A stretch of DNA of 64,000 nucleotides from an uncultured delta proteobacterium (GCA_963822965.1 CAWGJT010000010.1:160001-224000); one strand, 5' to 3'; counted from the first letter of the stretch, positions 49,894-59,983 are shown. Notes: generated by a model not told the origin, from the letters alone. Translations and numbers: made by a program.

Positions 49894-51317
49894 GCGACGC
49901 AGCGAAGAAGAAGCTCGACGTCGGCCTGGTGGGGACGGGCGTGATGGGAAGCAACCTGGCGCGCAACCTCGCGCGCAACGGCTTCCGAGTCGGTCTCTGG
50001 AACCGGACCCGCGAGCACGTGCTCGAGGTGGCCGCCCGGCATCCCGAGGCGGGCTTCGTGGTTGCGGATACGCTCGCCGATCTCGCGGCGCGTCTCGAGC
50101 GACCGCGGCGCATCGTGCTGATGGTGCCCGCCGGTGCGCCGGTGGACGCTACCCTGGACCAGCTGGACCCGGTGCTCGAATCCGACGACGTGGTGGTCGA
50201 CGCCGGCAACAGCCACTGGCGCGACACCGAGCGCCGGATCGACCGCGCCGCGGCCCGGCCCTGGCGCTTCGTGGGAATGGGGGTGTCCGGCGGAGCCGAG
50301 GGGGCGCTGCTCGGCCCCTCGATCATGCCCGGAGGCGATCCCGAATCCTGGCAGCGCCTGCGCCCCATGCTCGAGGCGATCGCCGCCGAAGGCGTGGACG
50401 GACCGTGCGTCACCTACTGTGGCCGCGGCTCGGCCGGGCACTTCGTGAAGATGGTCCACAACGGCATCGAGTACGGCGACATGCAGCTCATCGCCGAGGT
50501 GGTGACCCTGCTGCGCGACGGGCTGGGGCGGAGCGGGGCCGAGGTGGCGGACGTCTTCTCCGACTGGAACCGGGGCGAGCTCGCGAGCTACCTCGTGGAG
50601 ATCACCGCGGACGTGCTGCGTACGCCCGATCCCGAGGACCGCGAGGCCCTGCTCGTGGACGCGATTCTCGACGAGGCGGGACAGAAGGGAACCGGCCGCT
50701 GGACGGTGGTCGAAGCCCTCGAGCTCGGCGTGGCGGTGCCGACCGTGGCTGCCGCCGTCGACGCCCGGGTGCTGAGCGCGGCGCGCCCGCTGCGGCTGCG
50801 TGCGGCCGAGGTGCTCGCGCCGCCGAGAGCGAAGGGCGACGTGGACCTCACGGTCGACGACCTGCGGGCCGCCCTCTACGCCTCGAAGATCGCGAGCTAC
50901 ACCCAGGGGCTGCAGCTCCTGTCCGCGGCCAGTCGCGAGCGCGACTACGGCACCGACCTGGCGGAGGTCGCCCGCATCTGGACGGCGGGCTGCATCATCC
51001 GTGCGGAGCTGCTGGGACGCATCCGCGAGGCGATGGCGTCGACACCTCCGCCGGAGCTGCTCGCCCTCGATCCGGCGTTCGCGCAGGCCCTGCAGGAACG
51101 GGTCGCGCCCTGGCGGAAGGTGGTGGCGGCGGCCGGCCGGGCGGGCATCGCGATTCCGGGGCTCTCCGCTTCGCTGGCCTGGCTCGAGACCCTCACCACG
51201 CCCCGCGGCAGCGCGTACCTCATCCAGGCCCAGCGGGACTACTTCGGCAGCCACACCTACCGTCGCGTCGATCGTCCGGACGAAGCGGTGCACACGGAGT
51301 GGTCCCGGAGCCCCTGA
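49890..51317 (+). CDS. gndA: NADP-dependent 6-phosphogluconate dehydrogenase
   Basis: GLVGTGVMG, GVSGGAEGA, HFVKMVHNGIEY, QKGTG and QAQRDYFGSHTY motifs. Confidence 0.96.
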
Positions 51318-51439
51318 ACGCCGCCTCGATCGTCCCGAGGAAATGGCGCACACGGCGTGGTCCCGGAGCTGAACAGGGCCCGCGACCCCCCGTGCGTGCT
51401 ACACCCAGCCCTGGAGACTGGAGGCAGGGGGGAACGGAG

Positions 51440-53467
51440 ATGCAGGCCTGCATCGTCGGCCGTCCAGCGGCTCGCCCGACGAGGCGTCCGGTGGTGCTCG
51501 CCGGTCTGGTGGGCGCGCTGCTGCTGGCCATACGCGCGCCGGCCGACGTCATCCAGACGCCGCTCCCGGGCTCCTTCGTGGATGCGCCCGAGGTGGTCGT
51601 CTCCGGCGCCATTCCCACGACGGACGTGGCGACGACCGCCGCCTCCCTGAACGGCACGGCCCTGGCGCTCACGCCGGGGGCCGTGCTCCCCGACGGATCG
51701 GTGGAGGCGCTCTTCTCGCAGGTGGTGCCGCTCGACTTCGAGGCGGTCTTCAACCCGCTCGCGGTGGTGTGGACGCTGCCCGGCGGATCCCCCGGCCGCG
51801 CGCGCACCACCGTGGTGGCCGGGCCGTGGGTCGCCGACGGCGCCGCCTCCCCGGACAGCGCGGCGCTGCGCTTCAACGACAGCGGTCTCGACGACTTCGA
51901 GCCGGTGCTCGAAGACCTGGTGGGCTTCGACCTCGCCGGCGTGCTGCCCGTCGGCCTGCGCATCTACAACAAGTGCGTGGTGGACACCTTCGCGGGCTGC
52001 ATCGGACGCGCCAAGGTGTACGTCGACGACCCGCCGCCGAGCTATACCGCCCAGCGCGTCGCCCTGGACGCATTCGCCGACGGCGTGCAGCTCGACCTGG
52101 CCCTGCAGGACGTGCGGGTGGATCTCGAGATCCGCGGCAGCGGCGTGGTTCCGGACTGCCGCCTGCGGCTCACCGCCGACGAGGTTCGCGTCGGTGGTCG
52201 TTACGCGCTGGCTCCGGACGCCGTCGATCCCTCCGCCATCGATCTCGGCCAGAACGGATCCCTGGTGATCATGTTCGACGACTTCCGCCAGAACTTCACG
52301 GGTGGCAGCTGCAACGACGGCCTGATCGAGGACGTGGTGAACGACGTCGTCGGCGACCTCAAGGCCGACATCCGGAACGCGCTGCGCGACCTGCTGGACG
52401 ACCCGGACGGCGGTGGCCCCGACGACGGTCCGCTGGCGGACGCCATCGAGGCGGCGCTCGCCGACCTCGAGATCGCGCGACCCATCGGCCAGGCCCTGCA
52501 GGTGGGGCTGCGCAGCCCGATCGTCGCGGTGAGCCAGGACGACGACGGCGTGACCATCGTGACGGACAACGTCGTCGAGGCCCTTCCGGGCGATCCGGCA
52601 GGCTGCGAGGCACCCGCGGACGCACCGGACTTCGTGGCCTCCTACGAGCCGGCGCCGGCCCTGCCCGCGCTCGGTCCCCTGACCCCCGCCGCGGGGCTCC
52701 CCTACGACGTCGCCCTGTCCGTGAGCGACGCCGCCCTCGACCAGGGCCTCAAGGCGTTCACCGAGTGCGGGCTGCTCCACTCCGATCTCGAGGATCTGAC
52801 CCTCGGCGGCAGCACCTTCCCCATCGACGCCGGGCTGCTCGCCCTGATCGAGCCGGCCTTCGGGAGCCTGCCGTCGGACCTGCCGCTCAGCCTGCGCGTG
52901 CGGCCGGCACTGGCGCCGGTCCTCGCGGCCGGTCCCGGCCCAGACGGCGAGCTCGCGGCCCTGCGGATCGCCGATCTGCGCATCGACGTGATCGACCCGG
53001 TGGACGGCTTCGTGTGGCTCGGCATGGCGGTGGACGCCACCACCGGTCTCGACTTCGGATTCGATGCGACCACGGGCGAGCTCTCCCTGGCGACCGCGGG
53101 CAGCCTGGCGGGGGTCGCCATCACCGTGCTCGACGACGCCATCGGAGCCGACGAGCCCGCCCTCGTCGCAACCCTGACCACGCTCCTCGAGGGCGGCGTC
53201 GTGAGCCTGGGCGACGACCTCGGCAGCTTCCGTCTGCCGGCGCTGCTGGGTCTCGAGCTGGTCCCCGTGGAGATCGAGCGCGGGACGGGATCCGCCACCT
53301 TCTTCTTCGACGCCGCCACGCCGGTTCCCGAGCCCGACCCGGATCTCTCCGCGGCGGCCGGGCTGGTGCTGCTGGCCGGCCTCGCCCGCCGGCGGCGGCG
53401 ATGCGATGCGCGCCGGACGCGCTCGCACCGGTCGGAAGGGGCGGCGGCGGCCGGCCGCCGCCGGTGA
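51440..53467 (+). CDS. Large secreted acidic protein with PEP-CTERM-like C-terminus, possibly BPI/LBP-like
   Basis: Signal peptide; C-terminal VPEP-x-hydrophobic helix-RRRRR; several Cys; fold is a guess. Confidence 0.7.
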   Translation: MQACIVGRPAARPTRRPVVLAGLVGALLLAIRAPADVIQTPLPGSFVDAPEVVVSGAIPTTDVATTAASLNGTALALTPGAVLPDGSVEALFSQVVPLDFEAVFNPLAVVWTLPGGSPGRARTTVVAGPWVADGAASPDSAALRFNDSGLDDFEPVLEDLVGFDLAGVLPVGLRIYNKCVVDTFAGCIGRAKVYVDDPPPSYTAQRVALDAFADGVQLDLALQDVRVDLEIRGSGVVPDCRLRLTADEVRVGGRYALAPDAVDPSAIDLGQNGSLVIMFDDFRQNFTGGSCNDGLIEDVVNDVVGDLKADIRNALRDLLDDPDGGGPDDGPLADAIEAALADLEIARPIGQALQVGLRSPIVAVSQDDDGVTIVTDNVVEALPGDPAGCEAPADAPDFVASYEPAPALPALGPLTPAAGLPYDVALSVSDAALDQGLKAFTECGLLHSDLEDLTLGGSTFPIDAGLLALIEPAFGSLPSDLPLSLRVRPALAPVLAAGPGPDGELAALRIADLRIDVIDPVDGFVWLGMAVDATTGLDFGFDATTGELSLATAGSLAGVAITVLDDAIGADEPALVATLTTLLEGGVVSLGDDLGSFRLPALLGLELVPVEIERGTGSATFFFDAATPVPEPDPDLSAAAGLVLLAGLARRRRRCDARRTRSHRSEGAAAAGRRR

Positions 53468-53477
53468 TCCCCCGGCC

Positions 53478-54959
53478 ATGGGCATCGCGATCGAGCGGGA
53501 CCGCTTCGAAGAGCACGAGTACGCCCGCTTCCAGGAGCGGCTCCGGGGCGGGCTGCAGGCCCTGGAGCAGCTGCTGGCCCGGCCCGACTTCGGCGTCGGG
53601 CCGCCGTCGCTGGGGGCCGAGCTCGAGGTGGCGTTGGTGGGCGAGGACGGTCGCCCGCGCCCGGTCAACCTGGAGGTGCTGCGGGAGACCCTCGACCCGC
53701 GCATGACCGTCGAGCTCGACCGCTTCAACCTCGAGTGCAACCTGCGCCACACGTGTCTCGCCGGCCGGCCGTTCACGCACCTCGCCGGCGAGCTCTCGGA
53801 TGCGGTCGCCGAGCTCGACCGGGCCGCCGTGCGTCATCGGGCGCGCGTCGCCATGGTCGGCATTCTTCCCACCCTGTGCGCCGAGGACCTGCAGTCCGAC
53901 GCCATGACCGACACGCCGCGCTTCCGGGCGCTCTCCCACGCCCTGCAGCGGGAGCGCCTCGAGCCCTTCGCAGTGCGGATCCACGGCGACGATCCGCTGG
54001 AGGTACAGTGCGACGACGTCACCTTCGAGGGAGCCGCCACGTCCCTGCAGCTGCACCTCCGCGTGTCACCGGCGGACTTCGCCCGCACCTTCAATGCGGC
54101 GCAGCTCGCGACGGCGCCCGTGCTGGCGGCGGCGGGCAACTCGCCGATCTTCCTGGGCCACCGCCTGTGGCACGAGACGCGGGTGGCCCTCTTCAAGCAG
54201 GCCGTCGACGCCCGCGGCGGGGAGGGCGCCCGCCGCCGCAAGCCCCGGGTGTGCTTCGGAGCGGACTGGAATCGCGAAGGCGCCCTGGAGATCTTCCGCG
54301 AGGCGGTGGCGGACTTCACCCCGCTGCTGCCGGTGCTCGACGATCAGGATCCGATGGCCTGCCTGGCGGCGGGCGAGGTGCCGCGGCTCGGGGAGATCCG
54401 GCTCCACCAGGGCACCGTGTGGAGCTGGAACCGCCCGGTCTACGATCCGGCGGACGGCGGGCACCTGCGCATCGAGCTGCGCGCGCTGCCGGCCGGACCG
54501 AGCATCGCCGACATGGTGGCGAACGCCGCGTTTCTGGTGGGTCTCATCCTGGGGCTCTCCCGGGAGGTGAGTCGATGGGACGCGCTGTCGTTTGCCGCGG
54601 CGCACGACGCCTTCTATCGCGCGGCTCAGCATGGCCTGGCCGCCGCCATCGACTGGCCGGCAGGCACGAGCGCGCCCGCCGGTGTGCGTCCGGCGCGGGA
54701 GCTGGTGCCGGCGCTGCTCCCCATCGCCGCCCGGGGGCTGTCGGAGGCGGGCGTCGATGCCCGCGAGATCGACGCCCAGCTGGAGATCATCGCCCGCCGC
54801 TGCGAGACGGGCCGCACGGGCGCGGTCTGGCAGCGCGAGGCGCTGGACGGGTTCGCCGGGGACGGGTCGCGCGACGCGGCGCTCCAGCACATGTTCGTGC
54901 GCTACCTGCGGCACTCGCGCAGCGGGGATCCCGTGCACGCGTGGCCGTCCCCATGCTGA
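53478..54959 (+). CDS. Glutamate--cysteine ligase-like (GCS2 family) COOH-NH2 ligase
   Basis: GAELE, ELDRFNLE, SLQLHL, NSP, HQGTVWSWNRP and HLRIELR motifs. Confidence 0.85.
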   Translation: MGIAIERDRFEEHEYARFQERLRGGLQALEQLLARPDFGVGPPSLGAELEVALVGEDGRPRPVNLEVLRETLDPRMTVELDRFNLECNLRHTCLAGRPFTHLAGELSDAVAELDRAAVRHRARVAMVGILPTLCAEDLQSDAMTDTPRFRALSHALQRERLEPFAVRIHGDDPLEVQCDDVTFEGAATSLQLHLRVSPADFARTFNAAQLATAPVLAAAGNSPIFLGHRLWHETRVALFKQAVDARGGEGARRRKPRVCFGADWNREGALEIFREAVADFTPLLPVLDDQDPMACLAAGEVPRLGEIRLHQGTVWSWNRPVYDPADGGHLRIELRALPAGPSIADMVANAAFLVGLILGLSREVSRWDALSFAAAHDAFYRAAQHGLAAAIDWPAGTSAPAGVRPARELVPALLPIAARGLSEAGVDAREIDAQLEIIARRCETGRTGAVWQREALDGFAGDGSRDAALQHMFVRYLRHSRSGDPVHAWPSPC

Positions 54960-56047
54960 TTCTGCGCGAGTCCACCTGGGGAGCGGACCTGGACGCGGGC
55001 CGCGTGGGCGCGGACGCCGTGTCGTTCCTGCGCGCGCTGGGCGGTCCCACCCTGCTGCGGGTCCCCGGACGCGACGGCGGCCGCCTGCGCGTGGTGTCGA
55101 CCCTGCTGCACGGAAACGAGCCTTCGGGCGTGCGTGCGCTCCACCGCTGGCTGTCGGAGGATCCCGTGCCGGCGGTGGACGTGCTGCTCTTCGTCGGCGC
55201 GGTGGGAACGGCGCTCGCGTCGCCGGGCTTCGCGCACCGCTTCCTGCCGGGCGCGACCGACCTGAACCGCTGCTGGCTGCCGCCCCGCACGGGAGAACGA
55301 GCCGGGGAGGCCGGGCAGGAGGGACACCTGGCCGAGCGCGTGCTGGCACGGCTGCACGCGGAGCCGCCGGAGTGCCTCGTCGATCTGCACAACAATACCG
55401 GTCACAACCCCGCCTATGGCGTGACGCCCCGCATCGGCGCGCCCGAACGCCACCTGGTCGGGCTCTGGGCCGACCGCGTGGTTCACACACCCCTGGCGCT
55501 CGGCACCCTGGTGGAGGCGACCTGCGCGTCCTGGCCCAGTGTCACCATCGAGTGTGGACGCTCGGGCGATCCCGCGGCCGACGACGTGGCGCTGGCCGGG
55601 CTGCGCCGGCTGGTGGACACGGCCGACCTGGCCCTCGACGCGTCGCCGCCGTTCCTGGAGGTGGCGGTCGATCCCGTTCGCGTGAGCGTGCGTCCCGGCG
55701 TCCCGCTCGACTTCGGCGACGGGCCCGGTGAGGGGCCGGGTCTCGTCGTGTCCCGGGAGATCGACCGCCACAACTGGGAGCGCGTGCCGTCGGGGACCTG
55801 CATCGGCTGGGTCGAAGCCGGCTGCGAGTGGCCGATCGAGGCGCTGGGGGCCGAGGACGCGGACCGCTCCCTCGAGCTCTTCGCCCTGCGCGACGGTCGT
55901 CTCGAGACCCGCAAGCCGATGATCCCGGTGATGATGACCACCCACCGGGAGAACGCCCTGGCGGACTGCCTCTTCTACGCCGCCCAGCCCGAGCCACAGC
56001 GGGCCGCCCAGCCCGAGCCGCAGCGGGCCGCCCAGCCCGAGCCGTAG
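54953..56047 (+). CDS. Succinylglutamate desuccinylase/aspartoacylase (M14-like) family protein
   Basis: LLHGNEPSG, DLNR, VDLHN and TIECG motifs. Confidence 0.85.
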   Translation: MLILRESTWGADLDAGRVGADAVSFLRALGGPTLLRVPGRDGGRLRVVSTLLHGNEPSGVRALHRWLSEDPVPAVDVLLFVGAVGTALASPGFAHRFLPGATDLNRCWLPPRTGERAGEAGQEGHLAERVLARLHAEPPECLVDLHNNTGHNPAYGVTPRIGAPERHLVGLWADRVVHTPLALGTLVEATCASWPSVTIECGRSGDPAADDVALAGLRRLVDTADLALDASPPFLEVAVDPVRVSVRPGVPLDFGDGPGEGPGLVVSREIDRHNWERVPSGTCIGWVEAGCEWPIEALGAEDADRSLELFALRDGRLETRKPMIPVMMTTHRENALADCLFYAAQPEPQRAAQPEPQRAAQPEP

Positions 56048-56098
56048 CGGGCCGCCCAGCCCGAGCCGTAGCGGGCCGCCCAGCCCGAGCCGTAGCGG
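55979..56098 (+). repeat. 24-bp tandem repeat, 5 copies, spanning the stop codon
   Basis: gccgcccagcccgagcc(a/g)(c/t)agcgg; copies 1-2 have CAG and copies 3-5 have TAG. Confidence 0.95.
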
Positions 56099-56137
56099 GC
56101 CGGCGGGAGCTCCGAGCCGCAGATCTGAGCGGTGGGG

Positions 56138-56482
56138 TCAGCTCGAGAGCCAGCCGCCGAAGCGAGCCGCGCACAGGGGCGGCGGCTCGGGCGTGGTCTG
56201 GCTCCAGACGCTGTCGACCCGGGTGCAGTGCATCCGGAGCACGGCTTCGGGCGTCGCGTTGCCAGCCGCGAAGCGGTCCACCAGCTCCTCCTCGCAGATC
56301 CGTCGCTGCCACGAGTCGAGGTCGCCGCAGCGGGCGATCAGCGCAACTTCGGCCTCGCTCACCTCGGTCTGGAAGGGCAGGCGCTCGGTCAGGGCGCCGA
56401 AGGTGTCCGCGCGGGTGTTCCAGCCGAAGTGGGCGAGCGCGCCGACCGCGGCCACGGCGGTGATGGCGATCACGATGCGCAT
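56138..56482 (-). CDS. Small exported 4-Cys hypothetical protein
   Basis: GGGAGG RBS; signal/TM N-terminus; four Cys. Confidence 0.65.
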   Translation of the reverse strand: MRIVIAITAVAAVGALAHFGWNTRADTFGALTERLPFQTEVSEAEVALIARCGDLDSWQRRICEEELVDRFAAGNATPEAVLRMHCTRVDSVWSQTTPEPPPLCAARFGGWLSS

Positions 56483-56648
56483 GGGTGTGCCTCCCTGGTT
56501 GCCGTCTCGATCTCGGAGGCATGGGCCTCCTGACGGGAGACATCGACCTCGAGGCGGGGCGCCTGCGTGAGCTGGAGCACGCGCGCCGTCTCCCCCCAGG
56601 CGGCGCTGGCGCGGGCGGCTCGGGCGCAGCGGCGCAGGCGAAGGCCCG

Positions 56649-57479
56649 CTACTCGTCCCAGACCGTCCGCAGGGCTGCCGGGCCGCCCAGCAGCATGCGC
56701 GGGTCCTGCTTGTCGATGTGGCCGATGAGCGAGCGATACACGCCGTAGCCGACCATGCGCTGCAGCCGCTCCGGGAAGCGCCGTACCTTGTCCCGGGGAA
56801 TTCCGAGCTGCTGGTTCTCCTGCTGCCGGACGAATCCCGCGCAGTAGTTCATGGCGATGCCCACCCGGCGCTCGCGGGTCCGGTTGGCCCCGCCGCCGTG
56901 CCACAGGCTGCCGTTCCAGACGAGCACGCTGCCGGCGGGCATCTCGGCGGGAACGCTCGCGTGCTCCGTGCGCAGGTCCGGATAGCGGGGCCAACGGTGG
57001 CTACCGGGCACCAGGCGGGTGGCGCCGTTCGCCTCGCTGAACCCAGTCAGCGCCCACATCGTGTTGCACACCAGCGGCGGATGCGGACGGGGCAGGCGGA
57101 TGACCATGTCGTCGCTGTGGATCGGCTGGGGCGTCTCCCCCGGTCCGATGTCGATCGAAGAGACGGACGACACCAGGCAGCCGTCGTCGAGCACGCCCTC
57201 GACGACGGGCAGCACGGCGGGATGGACGGGGACCCGGGCGAAGACGTCGTCGTGGGCCAGCAGGTTGTAGATGCGGACCGTCCGGGTTCCCTCGAAGTCG
57301 TTCTGGCAGGCCCCGATGTGGCGGTCCCGGGCGATGCGTTCCAGGGCCTCGCGCAGGGCCGCCACCAGCTCGGGCTCGATCACCCGCTCCAGCAGCGTGT
57401 AGCCCTTCTCCTCGATCTCGCGTAGGTGGAAGCCGGTGTCCGGGCGCGCCGCCGCCGGTGCTCGGGTGGCCTCGCTCAT
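56649..57479 (-). CDS. Phytanoyl-CoA dioxygenase (PhyH) family Fe(II)/2OG oxygenase
   Basis: HxD (QPIHSDD), NGATRLVPGSH and LWHGGGAN motifs. Confidence 0.9.
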   Translation of the reverse strand: MSEATRAPAAARPDTGFHLREIEEKGYTLLERVIEPELVAALREALERIARDRHIGACQNDFEGTRTVRIYNLLAHDDVFARVPVHPAVLPVVEGVLDDGCLVSSVSSIDIGPGETPQPIHSDDMVIRLPRPHPPLVCNTMWALTGFSEANGATRLVPGSHRWPRYPDLRTEHASVPAEMPAGSVLVWNGSLWHGGGANRTRERRVGIAMNYCAGFVRQQENQQLGIPRDKVRRFPERLQRMVGYGVYRSLIGHIDKQDPRMLLGGPAALRTVWDE

Positions 57480-58345
57480 GACGCCCTCCGCTTCGTTCCC
57501 GGGCCCCGGAGCTCGAAGCTGGCGCCTTCGGCGGCCGGAGTGAGCTCGAAGGGCAGGGCCTGGTGCTTCTGGACCTCTTCGTACAGCCGGTCGAGGATCG
57601 CGTCGGTGTGGGCGGGATCGTGATGGAAGGGCACCAGGTGCCGAACCCCGGCCGCGCGCGCAAAGGCCAGGGTCTGCTCGATCGAGCTGTGTCCCCAGCC
57701 CACGTAGCGCGGATACTCGTCCTGGGAGTACTGGGCGTCGTGGATCAGCAGGTCGGCGTCCTTCGCGAGGCAGAGACCGGGAATCCAGTCGGGGTCGCTC
57801 GGAACCTCTTCGAGGCCGAGGAAGGGCTCGTGGTCCGGCAGATAGGTCACCGTAGCCCCGTCGCCCTCGATTCGATAGCCCACGGTAGGACCCGGGTGGC
57901 ACACGAGCTCGGCGGTGACCGTGAGCGCGCCGATCGCGAAGTGCGGCGTGCGCGTGACGTCGTGCAGGTGGAGCTGGCAGGGCAGGTCCGCCAGCCGCAC
58001 CGGGAACAGCGGCGGGGAGAGGTAGCGCCCCAGACGCGCGTGCAGGTCCTGGGTGGTGGACGACGGACCCCACAGGTGGACCTCGAGCTCCGGCCAGAAG
58101 AGGGGCTCGAAGAACCCGAGCCCCTGGATGTGATCCATGTGCAGATGCGTGAGCAGGACGTCGAGGCGGGTCAGGCCGCGCTGGATCTCGTCGCCCAGCG
58201 GACGGATGCCCGTACCGGCGTCGAGCACCAGGAGGTCGCCGTCGTCGCCGCGCAGCTCCACGCACGAGGTGTTGCCCCCGTAGTGGATCGTCTGCGGGCC
58301 CGGCGTCGCCAGGGAGCCGCGGGTTCCCCAGAACCGGATCTTCAC
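57476..58345 (-). CDS. MBL-fold metallo-hydrolase (phosphodiesterase-like)
   Basis: FWGTRGS, YGGNTSC, LDAGTG, THLHMDHIQG, DAQY, WGHS and FHHDP motifs. Confidence 0.9.
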   Translation of the reverse strand: MKIRFWGTRGSLATPGPQTIHYGGNTSCVELRGDDGDLLVLDAGTGIRPLGDEIQRGLTRLDVLLTHLHMDHIQGLGFFEPLFWPELEVHLWGPSSTTQDLHARLGRYLSPPLFPVRLADLPCQLHLHDVTRTPHFAIGALTVTAELVCHPGPTVGYRIEGDGATVTYLPDHEPFLGLEEVPSDPDWIPGLCLAKDADLLIHDAQYSQDEYPRYVGWGHSSIEQTLAFARAAGVRHLVPFHHDPAHTDAILDRLYEEVQKHQALPFELTPAAEGASFELRGPGTKRRAS

Positions 58346-59214
58346 GGCCGCGCCTCCCAGAACAGTCCGAACGCTCCGACCAGGCGATCGCTCTGTCCGA
58401 TGAGCGGGATGGCGGTCACGGCGATCTGGCGCGCCTTGCCGTCCAGCCCGTCGATCCAGCAGCCGCGGTGCACCGGCCGGCCCTGGGTGCGGGCGATCGT
58501 CAGTGGGTGCTCCTCCGGTGCGATCGGGTTCCCCTCCGCGGTGCGCGGACGGAAGGCCGCGTACAGCTGCTCGGACGAGCCGAGTCCGTCTTCGACGAAG
58601 CGATGCCCCAGGATCGGCTCCGCGGCGGCGTTGAAGTAGAGCAGCTCGCCCTGCCGGTCCACGAGGAAGACCGGCGTGGCGAGCGTGGTGGCGACCCGTC
58701 GGGTGAGGATGGTCTCGACGGCGATGGGCCCCGGGCACCCGCTGGCGCCGACGGGCGGCTCCAAGGCACGGGCCAGCCCGGTGTCCGGCTGCCAGAAGAG
58801 GCCCAACGCGCCCAGGAAACGACCCCCCACGGCCTCGAGCGGGATGCCGGTCACCGCGATCTCCCGCCGCCCGTCCGCCGCCGCCGGGTCCTCGGCGCCG
58901 GCTCGGCCTGCCAGGAGAAGCGATCCCACGCGGACGAAGGCCCGCCGGTGGGCGGGGACCCGGCGCTCCAGCGCGACCACCAACGGCCTCTCGTCGGGGG
59001 GCAGGGGGTGGCCGGCCGCGTCGCTCGGCTCGAGCATCGCCTGCCACTCCGCACGCCCGAGGCCGCCCATCTCCTCGAATCGTCGCCCGAAGATCGCCTC
59101 CGCGGGCTCGTTGAAGTACACCAGGGTGCCGTCCGCGCCCAGCAGCGCGATGGGGGTGCGCAGGCAGCTCGCGAGCTGCTTGAGGAGGACGATTTCGACG
59201 TCGCTCGGCGCCAA
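58342..59214 (-). CDS. Tandem PAS-PAS protein without output domain
   Basis: Two homologous halves (EIVLLKQLAS..YFNEPAEAIFG..GALGLFW and ETILTRRVAT..YFNAAAEPILG..GAFGLFW); AGGAGG before TTG 59214. Confidence 0.8.
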   Translation of the reverse strand: MAPSDVEIVLLKQLASCLRTPIALLGADGTLVYFNEPAEAIFGRRFEEMGGLGRAEWQAMLEPSDAAGHPLPPDERPLVVALERRVPAHRRAFVRVGSLLLAGRAGAEDPAAADGRREIAVTGIPLEAVGGRFLGALGLFWQPDTGLARALEPPVGASGCPGPIAVETILTRRVATTLATPVFLVDRQGELLYFNAAAEPILGHRFVEDGLGSSEQLYAAFRPRTAEGNPIAPEEHPLTIARTQGRPVHRGCWIDGLDGKARQIAVTAIPLIGQSDRLVGAFGLFWEARP

Positions 59215-59470
59215 GTCCCCTCCTGCGAAGGTACCTGCAAGAGCGCCCGCGAGAGCGCACGCCCGAAGGGCCATGCCGCAGTCTACCAGCGACGCGATGG
59301 TGCGTCCGGGATCGCGCCGCCGTCGCCACCGGCCTGCGGAGCACGTAGTCTCCCGCGGAGGCCCCGCCTCGGGGGCGCAGCTCGGGATGACCCGCCCCGG
59401 GGCTCCGTCCCGCGATTGCGCGAGGGGTCTACGGGCTCGTGAGAGGGGTCGCGGCGGCGGTGAGGCGGCG

Positions 59471-59983
59471 GTGAGAAGGAGCAGAGGCTTGGCGCGTGGG
59501 ATCGCATCCGTACTGTTCGCGTCGGCCTGGGTCGCGGTCGGCTGTACCTGGTATTCGGATGTTCCCGAAGGCCGCCCAACCCGGCTTCCGGAGAACGCAC
59601 CGACCGAGATCGTCACCCTCGCCCTGTGCGAGCCCTTCGAGGCCGTCCTCGACTGCGAGCAGCACAGCTGCAACGACTGGTATCGGGTCCTGGTGGAGAG
59701 CGCCGGCGAGCTGCGGGTGTCGGTGGAGCTGGGCGCGCCCGACGGTCCGGGGGCTCTCACGCGGGTGTTGCTGCGTCCCCTGGGACAGCCCGTGCTCGTT
59801 CAGCAGGTGAGCAACCAGGGCGAGCCCCTGGAGATCCGCCAGCACGTCGAGCCGGACGTCTACGCGGTGCTCGTCCAGGGCGGTGGATCGCGGCGCTCGT
59901 ACCGGATTCGGGTGTCGCTGACGCCGCCCGGCGCCCCGGAGAGCGCTGCCTGCCCGGGCGCCGAAGCGCCGCCCGGCCGCTGA
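59471..59983 (+). CDS. Lipoprotein with PPC-like beta-sandwich domain, hypothetical
   Basis: AVGC lipobox; DWY.V...GELRVSV...Y.V.V..Y.I.V pattern; start approximate. Confidence 0.6.
   Translation: MRRSRGLARGIASVLFASAWVAVGCTWYSDVPEGRPTRLPENAPTEIVTLALCEPFEAVLDCEQHSCNDWYRVLVESAGELRVSVELGAPDGPGALTRVLLRPLGQPVLVQQVSNQGEPLEIRQHVEPDVYAVLVQGGGSRRSYRIRVSLTPPGAPESAACPGAEAPPGR

Noticed and set aside
55979..56098. CRISPR array
   Set aside because: The repeats are directly adjacent with no spacers, and there are no cas genes; it is a simple tandem repeat
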